Origin: Balanoglossus misakiensis
Lineage: Eukaryota; Animalia; Hemichordata
Reading direction: 5' to 3'
Length of the DNA stretch: 64,000 nucleotides
Assembly (NCBI GenBank): GCA_040954595.2
Contig: CM082598.2
Coordinates: 1,426,001-1,490,000 of the forward strand
The translations under genes were made by a program, and so were the position numbers. Under the pieces are notes generated by a model that was not told the origin of the DNA, searched no databases, and was given only the letters and a program-made list of their open reading frames with translations. Below, in pieces: positions 51,509 to 64,000 of this stretch; within the stretch, counting starts at the first letter, position 1; every line of letters begins with the position of its first letter.

Positions 51509-54419
51509 AATAATGTATTCCAAAAAAATGGCTTTATGTCATTTATTCCAGTAATTATTCATTGGGGAAAGATTCAGATTCAGAAAAACTTTATCATCTC
51601 TGTAAAGAACTCATGTGTCTAGTAATATATTAGATAGTGCACTAGTATCTATGGCCTGGTTCAATTTATTCTGTAGGTAATCATAATTGCTTCGAACGAC
51701 GATATCTGTTAGTATACAATGGCGATGTGATATTCTTCAAAAGATCTAATAAATGACAAGGTATGTATTCACTACATTATACCCCGGGATATCCTTATAT
51801 TAATGCTACACACATATTGCATTTAAAATGTCAATTTTGTGATGAATAAAGCAAGGTAGGTATTAGGTATTAATACTGTTCAGAACTGCTTGGATGAGAC
51901 TAATGTACCTGGGAAAATATTTGACATCATCCCGGAGAGAAATTCTTGAAATCGGAGTAATCTGTCGGAATGTTATCAGCGTTGACAGCAACACACATGA
52001 ACAGAAAAAAAAGTAATCAGTATGCAATTTAAAGGTCTGCGGGGGAATGAAGCCAAATGCTTTGTGTTCCATATACACTCTGTTCATTTGAAGAAAATCA
52101 CCTCAGCAGTTCATATTTGCAAAAAAATAGATTTTCTTAAACATCGATTAGCTTCAGTTTGATTAGAGTGACTAGCTCTTCCCGCCTAAATGTCAGCGTT
52201 TGCGTCAGGCGTACGTTATTCTGTGAAAATCGCTTTATTTTGCAATGTCTGGGAGCAAAGACGTAGAAACCTTGTTCCAAATATATCTCATCAAATCATT
52301 CCCACACTCTGCGTGATGGATTCAATGCACACATCGTCGATTATTCGTGGGACTCGGGATGGAATGTATTAAACGTTATGACGTCATTTATTCATTAATT
52401 TTCACTAAACATGTAGGGTGATTACATCTTTCAAATGCATACATCGAATAAAATCAACTAACGTTTGATCCCTTTCTTCTGCATGACAAACCATGCAAAC
52501 ATTTAATATAAAAGAGTTAATAATTTTCCGTCACAATAAGCGTTTATTATTAAGAGTAACAAAAAAGGCATAAGAAATTTGATGTGGCAAACTTTCTTAT
52601 CATGCATAAAAGAAATATCGACGTTGTTGTGATTAAAATTTTAATTCACCAGCAAATGAAAACCAATGTTCAGAAAGCAACAATTATTAGATCACACATT
52701 GGCATTCAGACTCTAAAAAGTTCAGGTCTGGTTGATTCAATAATGAGGCTTTGAAACAAGGAGATCTGATAGTGATTCTTATTTCAGTTGACTTAGCAAT
52801 TGCAGTGGTGGTTACGATTTCTGACTACAAGACCACTGAGGGCGTCTTGCATAGTTAGGTTAATTATATCTGGCTTTGACTCGACAAACATATGACCATT
52901 CATTTGATAAATTGGTCTGGCCTAGATCCTACAGCTGTTAGGACACAACTACACAACCTGCATAAAATGCAGTATATAAAAATACAATCCACCATTGTTT
53001 ATGTTAAATTTTTACGAGGGATTTTGATTGAAGGCTACGTGTACAACAGTGCCATCAAAGAGAGACTATAGTGCCGTTGCTAACCTTTCCTCATCATCAG
53101 CGATTTTCAAGTGCACTCTACATCATACGGTTCATTTACAGTATGCAGATAATGGCCCCAATTTAAATATAAGCGTATGTCATATATCACGATCGTCCGC
53201 TTCTTATTACAAATCGATAGTTATCAATACAGAATTAATCAGCAATATGTCGTAAATTACTTAATGTTTGCCGGTTACCACTAGCGATTCAACAAACATC
53301 ATCTTACATCACCATGACAACATGTTGTCATTCAGGTTGTCTACATTATAACCCCAGAGATTCGAGTGTCTGTTTTATAACATACGAGCGCATGTCACCA
53401 AATCTAAATGATCTTTACAAATAGCAAAAAACTGCTCTGTGCTATATCTTGCGTGTCACCATGTGTAACCAATATATTCTGAAATCTGTTGAAACATCGT
53501 CTGACGAAGCAGCAAGACACTTGTTCATATTTTGGTGATTAATATAAATCAATGTGACACTGTACAGACTGGCAAGTACCATCTTAATGATGGTGTCAAA
53601 CCTTGAAGTCACGTGACACGAAGGCAGGTGAATAAATATGAGGTCAATGCAATGCGGATGACCGCAATTATTCTCACAACAAAGGACGCGAGAAGACGTG
53701 AAATATGTTCTCATCCGTGGTCAACTCGGCATGCACAGAACAATCTGCGTGAGTGTGTGCATCGAGATACTGGATGATTAATTTGAAATGTGGCATCAAT
53801 AATGAATAAGTAACAACTAATTGGTTTTTGCCAGAGGTTCATATTATTCGTGTTAAATAAATCATTGTGACAACTCTGCCATACCCTGTTATTCCTGCTC
53901 ATTAGAGTATCTTCTTCGTGTCTTCCCATTGCCAATAGTCAATGTATTTTTCCTTTTGTAATAAGTACTGCCCACAAAGAAAATATTTATTACTATAAGA
54001 TGAGATGAATTTTATATCAGGCAGGGATGTCATACTTTGAGGCAAGTGGTTAATATATGCATTTAAATGATTAATAAATCTTGCAAGATGATACTTGGAC
54101 TGTCAGGAGAACACATACATATTAAGAAGATATTATTCGGACATTTATCTCAAATTTGCATCTTAAAACATTTAGAAATTACAGCGGAAATCTCGCGGAT
54201 ATGATGAAATATAGCGTATTCATAAAAAAGCTAGAATTTCTTGCATCGAACGGAGACAGGTGCTATTGACAAAAATGGAACAGAAATTCGTCACTGCGAC
54301 TGCGTCGGATGATCTTGACTGAATTAATAATGCAGAGCGTATTACTGTAATTGTATTTTCATATCAATTCCCTGCGCGGCATGTATTTGAGTCTAATTAG
54401 CATAGGCGTTGAATAATTC

Positions 54420-55312
54420 GCGTCGTTTTAGGGGGCTACGTCTCCCGCGACAGTAATGGGATGGCCTTTACAGGTGACAACATAGACAAGGTAGGCCGTC
54501 TTCGAGGGATTGTGTCGGGGTTGCTCCGTCGAACGCGATAACAGCCAAGCTGTCATCTTCGGGTACAGGCACCACAAATTCAAACAAACGACGCGTGCTG
54601 TTTTGTTTTTTTGCGGAGTTCTTCAGTCAGTTGTTGTTGGTGACTGTATCAGTTGTATGCAGCAGGCGCGCTGAAGTCAACATCGGGCGTTGCGGCATCC
54701 GACAACACAAGCTAATAGTGAGTAGTCATTTCAATTCAAACTAATACCAATATATTCTCAGTAATGAATACCGTTGACAAATTTCAACTAAGTTGCCGGC
54801 TTGTTAGAAAATTAGAAAACCAACTGGACACCACTTGTCAATTTTATTACTAATATTCATTATTAAAGTGTGCAACTGCATATTTTTCTCTGCAAGTTCA
54901 AATAGCTTAACTCATTCATCCTACTAAAAAACTTAATATTTTATCAGATGCTAACCACCACATAATTGTTTCCTTACAACTTCATAAATGGGACAGAGGA
55001 AACGGGACAGAACAAAGGTGACAATTGCATTATTGCGACCATTAAACATCATTTGGTTTCCTCTATTAAATCAGGGAAATTCAAGAGGACGTTTGGATAT
55101 ATCAAGCACGTCACAGCTTTCTGCTGCACCAAAGCAACATCGACATTAGGTGCTTTTAATCTGTTTCTAAGCCCCGACTGCTGTCCAAGCTAGTTGATGA
55201 GTGGCGGTGTGCAGCGGAGACGTCCCGCAGAGAACTGATCAATACTTCACTCATAGAAGAGCTGAGCGCTACTTTTCTTTCCTTGTTTTTCACCAGAACC
55301 AAACATCAGTCA
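54420..55312 (+). promoter_or_regulatory. CpG-enriched promoter-like region with candidate alternative first exons of a downstream plus-strand gene
   Basis: GC/CpG-richer islands ending at donors AAG|GTAGGC (54490), ATA|GTGAGT (54717) and TCA|GTAAGT (55312); no convincing ORF. Confidence 0.35.
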
Positions 55313-58300
55313 GTAAGTAACTATGACCATTACTGGGTACCCAGCACCTTCATATGTATGATGACCAACACTCTATAGTGCATGCAGTTTAAGAACTCTA
55401 ATTGCATGTATCCCACGTTAATCTAATCCCCCGAACTAATCTAATCCAGTCGGTTCAGACATGTACAGTGGTGTAACAAACGTTCCTAAAAGTTTGCACA
55501 TTGAATCCAGCGGAGCGGAAAAGAATAGTTCCTGTTCAGTGTCAAGATTGTATTTCATTAGTGTCATTTTACAGCTGCCTGGCTTGTAACCTGCAGTTGC
55601 ATGGATCCATGTCTAATATTTTTTTTTACAACAAGAATGACGCACATGTACCTGCATGGCAATCGTTAGGCGCGTTGCTTAGGACACTACAATGACATAA
55701 GGTTTATAAGACATGTATAATGATTGATCCGACTACTGGCTATGACATGCAGACTGAGTTAATCTTTGAAAATAAAGTAGCTTATTTTGGTTCATGCATA
55801 CTGAGTTTGCTGATCATATAACATACTGGTTAATCGGATAAAGTAACTTTTCAATACTTATCTGAAATTATACAAAACATTTATATTTAATATACACAAT
55901 TTCATATATATACACAGCAAAAATGATATTGCCAGTTTTGTACACACAGTATAATAGATTATGGATATATCACCGGAAACAATTTCACTTAATGCATTAA
56001 CTGACTAATACACTGCCAAGATCTTCTACACATTTATATAGATTACACTATCAAAATTGTACAATCCCTGTCGAAACCGGGATGGTATTATACTTGAATA
56101 ACAAAAAACCCACCGGCAGCATTTTAGCCGAATTTGTAAGTCAAATGTTTTTTTAAAAACCAAATACGTGCTTTTGACATGGTTCATGCAGACTGACAAA
56201 CATTCGACTTTTTGTCATGCAAAATCTCTTCAGGCAAATAAAGTCTTGTTTAAAATACATCACCATATATACTGTTCTGTATTGTGAAAGTGGTAAAGGT
56301 TTGCACTAAAGGAGTATTCAAGTGTACTGTCACAGACTCTTGAGAAGCAGTGATCTCTTATTTCTCTGCTAAAGTTCAGAGTTCACCAAGATATCACAGA
56401 AATTAATATATATTCGACACGAAATATTTTATTACCTGGACTGATTTTCAAACCTTTTTTAATTAAACATGATTGAGCACAGCATTTGCAAAAAATGGTT
56501 TTGAAAACTATCCGTTCTGCAGACATTCCTGTTGTTTAAACCAGAAACCGCCTCGATACATCTGTTATGTAAACAATGCCCTTGTACCATCTGATCGTTA
56601 TCGTCGGTAAAGGTTAGGGGAAATGGCACTTAGGAATTAGGCTATAGAGGAAATGTCGAAGGTCGTTTCACTCAAAAAACAAGGGCAGATCGAACAGTTT
56701 GATCTTCCATCAGACACAATCTGCATAATGATCGCTGAAGGAACAGTTTTTGTGCACAGGTTGACCTTGGCTGAGTTTTCGTCAGTCTCCACTGAATAAT
56801 TGCTTTATAGGATATTTTTATTAACATACACTCAAAGGGCTTTCAGAATTAAAGTATGTTTCTCTGATGAATAAAGTAATGTTTAATGAGACCAAATATC
56901 GTTTTGCTTGTACTTCATTGCTTTATTACAAGCCAAATTATCAATTCTCACATTATCACAATTGCTTTTCACCATGCATCAATGAACATATAAGAGACAA
57001 GCAGGTTAAACGATTGAGAAATTAGTTTAATTTGTTTTCGTCCATTGATGTTATAATTACAATTTCGATAAAGTAGCCATGGATATGACCTTGAATGCGT
57101 CAAATGCAAAATTTGCAGGACATTTATTTATTATTAAATGTTTGTACACAAATTACCAACATGCACTTAAGACGATCGTCACCCTTTAACATGACCTGGA
57201 CAAATAACGTTGGCGACCTGCACTATTCTCCCTACCTTAAATTGAAGTTACTTCATACTAATGGGTCATTATAATAATTGTGGGTAAGAAAGTCAACAAC
57301 TCACTGGATAAAGAGTTTAAAGAGATGTTATGTTACTGATATTTCAAAACTTCCTTGTTTCTTAAAGTTATGTCTTTGTATAGTTAGCATTTAGAGCTTG
57401 TTCAGCTTAATTGTTAGAGGTTTTTTCTGCAACAAAATTGCAGTTTGACACAAGATTAATTTCACAGGTGACCTTTTGTTACACACGGCTGAAAACACAT
57501 GGGACCCCAAGAGATTTTTATCACTCACCTAAGCAACAGAAGGCCTAGTTGTTGAGCACCTCATTTTCTTGTTCGCGGATTAGTTAGCCAGGGTAGTTAC
57601 TGTGTTATTATAGACAACATAGGAGTTAAGTCTAATGGGGATAAGACTTTTGAGATTCTACCCTTGCTTATAACAATGTATACTTAGTTGTTTCAACTCA
57701 ATGAGTATGTCTGACACTCTACTGGGACATGAAGCTGCAAGCTTCGGATATACACCGGATATACGTGTACATCGTTGATAATAACTCTCGGGATATATCA
57801 CTCAATACATCATTTTCCGAATCCAACAAGACCCTGTGAGATAGCACATGGTTAATAATCTAGCTAGGGCTAGCTGTGTTGGTGATATTAATTGTCTGTA
57901 GAAGTGATCTGTGCAAAGGAAGTATCATTTGGTACTTTAAGCCTTAGTACGAATACAGTTAAATGCAAGTCAATTGGCTTACAAATCTGTAGCAAGGTAG
58001 CAATAAGCGAAATCTTCAAAGATTTTGTAATCTGATTTTTGGGTCCCATTGGTATGGTGGAGGGAGGGGGGCATTATTTAGCAAAGTTTGTTAAGGGGAT
58101 CAGAAGATCTGCAGTATTTAAATTTCCGTGCATTAACAAAAAGTGATCTTGGCTGACCTTTCAGTATTGACGTACATTGTACCCGAGCGTCATATTTGTT
58201 TTGTGGGACAATTTTAGTTTCTAAAGTCATCGTTGGTTGACATTTACCTGTAGCGATGCCTTTGAAAGGCCATTTCTTGGTCGGCTTAGTGTGTTAGAGT

Positions 58301-59820
58301 CAGCCATTATTTCTGTATTGGCAGTGACATTCGAAAGGATGTGATATTAGCAAAGAAGTATTATGTTACCCCTTTGAAAGCTGGCCGGGTATTAGCTTAT
58401 AATGCATCAGTAGCTGCTTTGATGGGGTCAGCTATATCTGACTGACGTTTTCAGCTTTGTTCATACTGCTCATATATGACGGCATGATCTGCCGGGGTAT
58501 TAGGTTCGGTTTTGTACAAAACTGACTTTTTTTAGCTGCCCCATGCTGTGCTGGGCCTGGCACAGGGTTGGCAATTCTATAACACGTTGCAGGCGACAGG
58601 ATATTGTGTATGTACGCATGGATTTCAATCTCGGTTTGTTGAGGTCTCATAGATGGAGCAATTCTGTAGAATCATAAATGAATCTGATAACACATTACTC
58701 AGTTTAATATATAAGAGCCATAAATTTTGTCAGAATAATTTGATGTTATCATCAACACGGCCGATTTTATCATACATGTCATTCTGAAGGATACAGGGTT
58801 ATTCATCAACAAACAAGCACACAAAAAGAGTGATACATGTGCCACTGTTGCCATGCAACCGGGGTGGGGAGAAAGAGGAGCATGCTGCATATCCTTACAT
58901 CTTTCCATTCATCGCTTTTTAAAATCTATACCAAATTAAAAACTGATATCGAACTGGATCTTGTCACAGGGACAATGAATAATTCATCTTGTCGTCAGAC
59001 TCCAAGAGATTAAAAGTACAGGGATGGAATTGTGGAGAAGTGATGTAAAACTACGAATAAACGTGATTTAACACCTCTTCATAAGAAAATCACATGCTGA
59101 ACAAGAATTAGCTAAATTTACATTAATAGAAGGTGTTGGACCAAGGAAAATAAATGCCATTGAGAAACTGCAGGTATGATTTTAACCCTTTCAAAATAAG
59201 TGGCTCAAAATATATAGAAAACAACGGGTGTTATCTGTAAATGGGTGCATGGCCATAACAGATTCTGAATCTGTATTGAGCACTCACTAGGTTTTTCACT
59301 GCCATTAAATAATACTTTCTAAATGTCACGACTTTCCAAGATCCCGTGTCTTCACAACAATTCTAAACAGCATAGTGTAATTCAAGTCCTGTGCGATGCG
59401 AAACGCCATGGCAACAGAGCGATAATATCTGTTACCATGGGAATGCCAACATAACTAAAATAATGGGCGATTGTGCTGATAGTGAGATCGTGACTGCTGA
59501 GGTACTTCCCTGCAAAATCACACGCCATATATCATGTACACCGTCAGTTAAACGTGATTTCATACTTTTTAAACTTAAGAGATAAGCACAATAGATTATA
59601 GAGTAATGGATTTAGACATCTGTAATGAGTGTGAGACGTGCATCTCGAAAAACATTGCTTTGTTTTGACTTTGGAATAGAATATTCTCTTAAGGCCTGAC
59701 CTTTTCCCCTGCCCTGTATTTGCAAATTCCATCCTTCACACCTGGATTATTACAATAAGGCCCCATATGCCATTAGTGTAGAAACGAATAATTGGACTGA
59801 GAGCACTTTCTGACAGTTTG

Positions 59821-60000
59821 AGGTAGTACACCCCTGGGGATAGATTTCCAGAAAAAAAGATGAAAGTCCTCCAAACCTTTTAATTCTTTGCTGTTTAATC
59901 CTTTCAACCCCAGTTCCCTATAGATGTCCAACTTCACTATAGAAATCAATGGATTTTAACCAAACCATGGTGGAGAAAGAGTTAAAAATGTGCAAGGAAT
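59821..60000 (+). mobile_element. 5' fragment of the ~340 bp repeat family, interrupted by a MITE
   Basis: aggtagtacacccctggggatagatttccagaaaaa..aagtcctccaaacc..gtttaa[MITE]aaatgtgcaaggaatc is collinear with the copy at 45560-45730. Confidence 0.6.
59895..59985 (-). mobile_element. ~90 bp MITE flanked by TTAA on both sides (piggyBac-type target site)
   Basis: TTAA-tcctttc ... gaaagag-TTAA inverted ends; second copy at 828-910. Confidence 0.75.
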
Positions 60001-63000
60001 CAGCTCACTTCAGCTAAAATAATCATGGATCTTCGGAAGAATCTGCTGTTTGCACCAACTGATATGTCATGTGACAAATTTGTGCTTAACTTGGGATGCG
60101 TTAAAGCAATGGCCCTAATTATGCCGCGATCTGGGTAAAACTGTTCAGTGGATGCTGCACCATTAACAAATGTAAAGTATGCAAATTATGTTGACGTCTT
60201 TTAGAATCCACAATTAAAAGAAATGACAATACTTTCAAGTTTACTGAACTTACATCCTTAAACCACCAACCATTCAGCAGTCAGATTTCTGACATAAACC
60301 GACATAAGCTTGGCGTGTGTTAAGTTTCACTAAATAACGCAGCAACAAAAGGTTATCGTTGTCAAGAGAATTCTTTCAGGCGTTGAGTAGATGCTTGGAT
60401 CAATAGTTTTTCTCCCGGGGTATTTTGCTGATAAACGCCTAACGACAACTCAGCAAATTCATTGTGAATAATAGAATCACATTAGCTTATTGGCTTTACC
60501 AAGCAAATACTAATGCGTCCACACCTAATAAAAATACTCAAGCTTTATAAAAAGATAAATTGCGGCGATGTTTTTCATGGTTTAATATATGTTATTGGTT
60601 TAGTTGGTTACGTCACAATATACACTGGCAGACCAGAATACTAACTGCATATTGTATACATTGCAGTTACAAATACACAAATAGCGTTAATTTTCACATC
60701 ATCTTTTACAGTCGCCATGTTCAATCGAGTATGTAGCTGTTGAATCTACGGTATTTTAATCGCTTATTCCTCCTAATCTTTAGAATCAGTAAATGGACTT
60801 TGGTTTAAGTCCAGGTAAGGCCCCATTAATCTTAACTAGGAATTCCCACCTAACATCTCACATTGCACGTTTCTACGAGTGCTCTGTTCATTTCTGACAT
60901 CTCCATGGCAACATAGCAAGTCGAGATTTTAACGTTTACATGCCTACTGCGAAATGTATTTGGTAAGGTCGTTGCTAATGGTGGCTTCTCGCTATATTCT
61001 ATCATCGTTCATTTTGCACTTCCGCTAGATTATTAGTCAAGCGGTAATAGTTCTATCACGCAGATCCTCAGTTGGTGCCTCTATTTATTTTTCGCCATTC
61101 CCAAGGAAATAATTACCTCTGGTGGATGATTTCCCCAGAAATAATTTGTCTAATCCAATATGAGAACAGCAGTGTCTTTACATATTGTGTGGACGACCCC
61201 CTCAGCTAATGTAGCATTGACGTCTTTCCAGAAGATGTTTTCAAAATCCTTTCAACTCTCCATACCAAATCTATGACCCTATTCCTACTACCCTAACAGG
61301 ATGTCACAAATCTACGTTAAAAGCTCCGCGTGGCTGCTTTTACTAACAACACGGCATTTTGTTTCCGCCACAGTCCATGCTTTTTATTATTTACGGACTT
61401 TTTATTTCACTCAAAATTAAACAGCATATCTTGCCGGCATATTGCAGGAATGACTGATTGATCATTGAATTGTTCAATTGGACCACAAGCGACATTTGCT
61501 AATCATTTTAATGCAATGTTCGTTTTTCTTCTGAGCGAGTCGAATATTCTCGCCTAATCACGAACAATTTGTTTGCTTTCATGAAACGAGTTCACAAATT
61601 GTCAAAAACAATGAGGTCCACTCTTATTACCATACATCTCTGCCGTATGGTGTGTGACTGCCGTTTTTGCCCAGAGCAAACTCAACTCTGTATAGGGTTA
61701 CATTTCCATAATGCATCGTACTTAATTATTGAACACGTTGCAATCCAATCCTGGTAATACTGTTTCGATGCACTGCAGTCTGTGTGAGTTTCTCTGCTTG
61801 ACTTGCCGCGACAACGAGTCATGTTTTTTAGCAAAAGTAGTGACCACTTGACATGGCATTACTTCGTTCAAAATCTACACCAAAACCAAAAATACACTTC
61901 TGTTCGATTATGTATGGTCAGATTGGTTACAAAAATCGGCACAGAAGTTTGAAATCAATATGACATGACGTCATTAAAGTCTTGACCTTATAAATATAAC
62001 CTTCAGAGGTCCTCTCGAAGTTTACATGCATGTACAGACGAATTTCCAAATACATGTGCATATGTGTTTAAAAACGCGACATGTTAGTTTTTCTTATTAG
62101 CTCCTCTCTTTCTGATTCATTTGAAATATTCATATTGCAGCTGTATCTATAACAAGGATATACACTCGATGTGGGTTACGTATTCAGAATGGCGACAATG
62201 ATTTACAGCTAAAGAGACGTTAAAAGTCTTGAAAATAAAGAAAGTTGTCGATGTCAGTTCAGCAAAGAAGACGTTTAAAATATATAGGCTATCACAAGAA
62301 GTCAGTGTTTTTGTCAGCATACTTATCAAGTCTTGACATGACGGATTGCACAATCATACATGTCCACACTACATAATGTTTACAAGAGGAATAGTGCGTC
62401 AAACTCAAATTCCCTTTTATCACGGAAATTACCAATCACCATTTTGCTCCTGCAATTGCATCATACATCACCATCCTTTTACAATGATAAATGAACTCAG
62501 TTTTCCACCGATAGTTTCTTTCCGTCGACCTTAACATTTAGGGGTCACAGTGCGTAGGAAAGTAAAACGACTTGATGTAATTAATTCTTTCGTCGGCGTT
62601 TTCAATTCTCCTAAATTTCTTAAGAACTCTCTGGCGACTTTGTGGTTAGTACATGTGCCGCATCGCTTGATGACACAGGCCAAGTCACCCACTGAAAATT
62701 GTCGTCTGCTCACATGCTTCTGGCGCCAATAAACCTTTTAAAATAAAATTTACTTCTTCTCGGGAGACCTGGTCTGACTTCATAAGCCTGTTTCCTAAAT
62801 AAGTGAGCATTCTCAGGTACAGCAAAGGGTAAAGGTCTCTCTATTCATGAGTATTTGAATTGTACACATTCAAGGTAATAGTCGCCGAAGATTATAGATT
62901 TTAGAATTATTTATTATTTAGACTAATCATAAAGGAGACAGACTGTCAGTCAATCAGTCGGTCGTTCACTAGACAAACAATAACTAACTCACTCACTCAC

Positions 63001-64000
63001 CAGAAATATTTGTGAACTATCTTTACATGTTTTGTCCTTAGGGCAAGTTAGATTTTTATCAGAAATCAAGGCATTGAAAAGAAAAAGGAGATATTCTTAT
63101 TCCTTGGAATCGATGCATCATCATTCACGAAATAAAGCCTTTGATTTTTCCCATGTGTTAGCTAGTCTATATCGTCAATTTCCGTTGCCTTTGGGTTTGT
63201 AGGCGCAACATGTATTAAACTAAACTGCGTTAAATGTTTCAGAATATCATTGCGAACTAGAATGTAGGTAGTGAACCTTTTAATATATCGATCTGGGTGA
63301 GCAATTAAATAGATGGTAGCTATCCAGGTGCCAATGACCTAATTTATCATTCCGTGTTGTATTGTACTTTCCAATGAATATTGTATAGATCAAATTCCCA
63401 AGTATAGAAAGAATTTGATTAATTTATAGATCTCAAAAATTAGGACAATAGCTAGACGACAAGTTAGACTTAATACGCATCTTGCAAGAGTGGTTTTTAT
63501 ATTCGATTGCTTTTTGACAAAAATATGTGTTCATGTTCCAAGTAGCAGATGGTGAAAATGTGAATTCAAATTATTTTCAGCTAAGATTTTACTCTGAGCT
63601 CTAATAACAAGATCGCTTCACATCTTACTCTGATGAAACAGTATATAGGCTCTGATATATTCTATACTTGGGGCTAAACATAACATTCTTTTGTGGATGT
63701 TGAAGAATAACTTCAGAGTGACTTCACAGGCGCGGCGAATCACGCTGTGTGTGGAGGAACAACAATGGCCGGCGCATATAAATTGACGATGTCTTATGAA
63801 AAAGTACGAACCGACAGGGCTGATTTGAGTTCCTGGGGGTACCCTTAAGGGCTGGCGCTGTATTTGAAAGTTGCCGACATGTTTCAAACGGTGCACTGAG
63901 ATTGGACAGGGATTTTTTCTCAAGCCTGGCAGCTACACTGCTTTATCAGGGATGAGCGAGCGAGCACACCGCATGTTGATTATAATGGTTGTTGTTATTT

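Noticed and set aside
63700-63850. Kozak ATG with short ORF MAGAYKLTMSYEKVRTDRADLSSWGYP near the right edge
   Set aside because: 27 codons, only weak donor sites, and cannot be linked to anything inside the window.

Overview
AT-rich, intron-containing eukaryotic (animal) genomic DNA, probably a marine invertebrate deuterostome (inferred from gene structure and repeat style, not proven). I assembled three protein-coding genes by hand from GT-AG splice sites and consistent reading-frame phases. (1) A compact 7-exon minus-strand gene (4384->2672, about 217 aa, coiled-coil-like, family not recognised) with an RFX X-box-like site upstream. (2) A 7-coding-exon minus-strand synaptotagmin, 'Syt-A' (11659->6541, about 411 aa; TM, Cys cluster, C2A, C2B), which keeps essentially all acidic Ca2+ ligands. 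(3) A plus-strand synaptotagmin, 'Syt-B' (35663 or 39690->50318, about 462-477 aa), whose C2B Ca2+ pocket is degenerate. The two Syt paralogues are head-to-head, and the ~24-28 kb between them holds candidate non-coding 5' exons plus many X-box and CRE motifs. Also present are a ~590 bp (GAT)n/(GAG)n intronic tract, several microsatellites, a TTAA-flanked ~90 bp MITE family, a ~340 bp dispersed repeat family, and candidate first exons of further genes near 1.7-1.9 kb and 54.4-55.3 kb. I saw no rRNA, tRNA, CRISPR array or transposase ORF.
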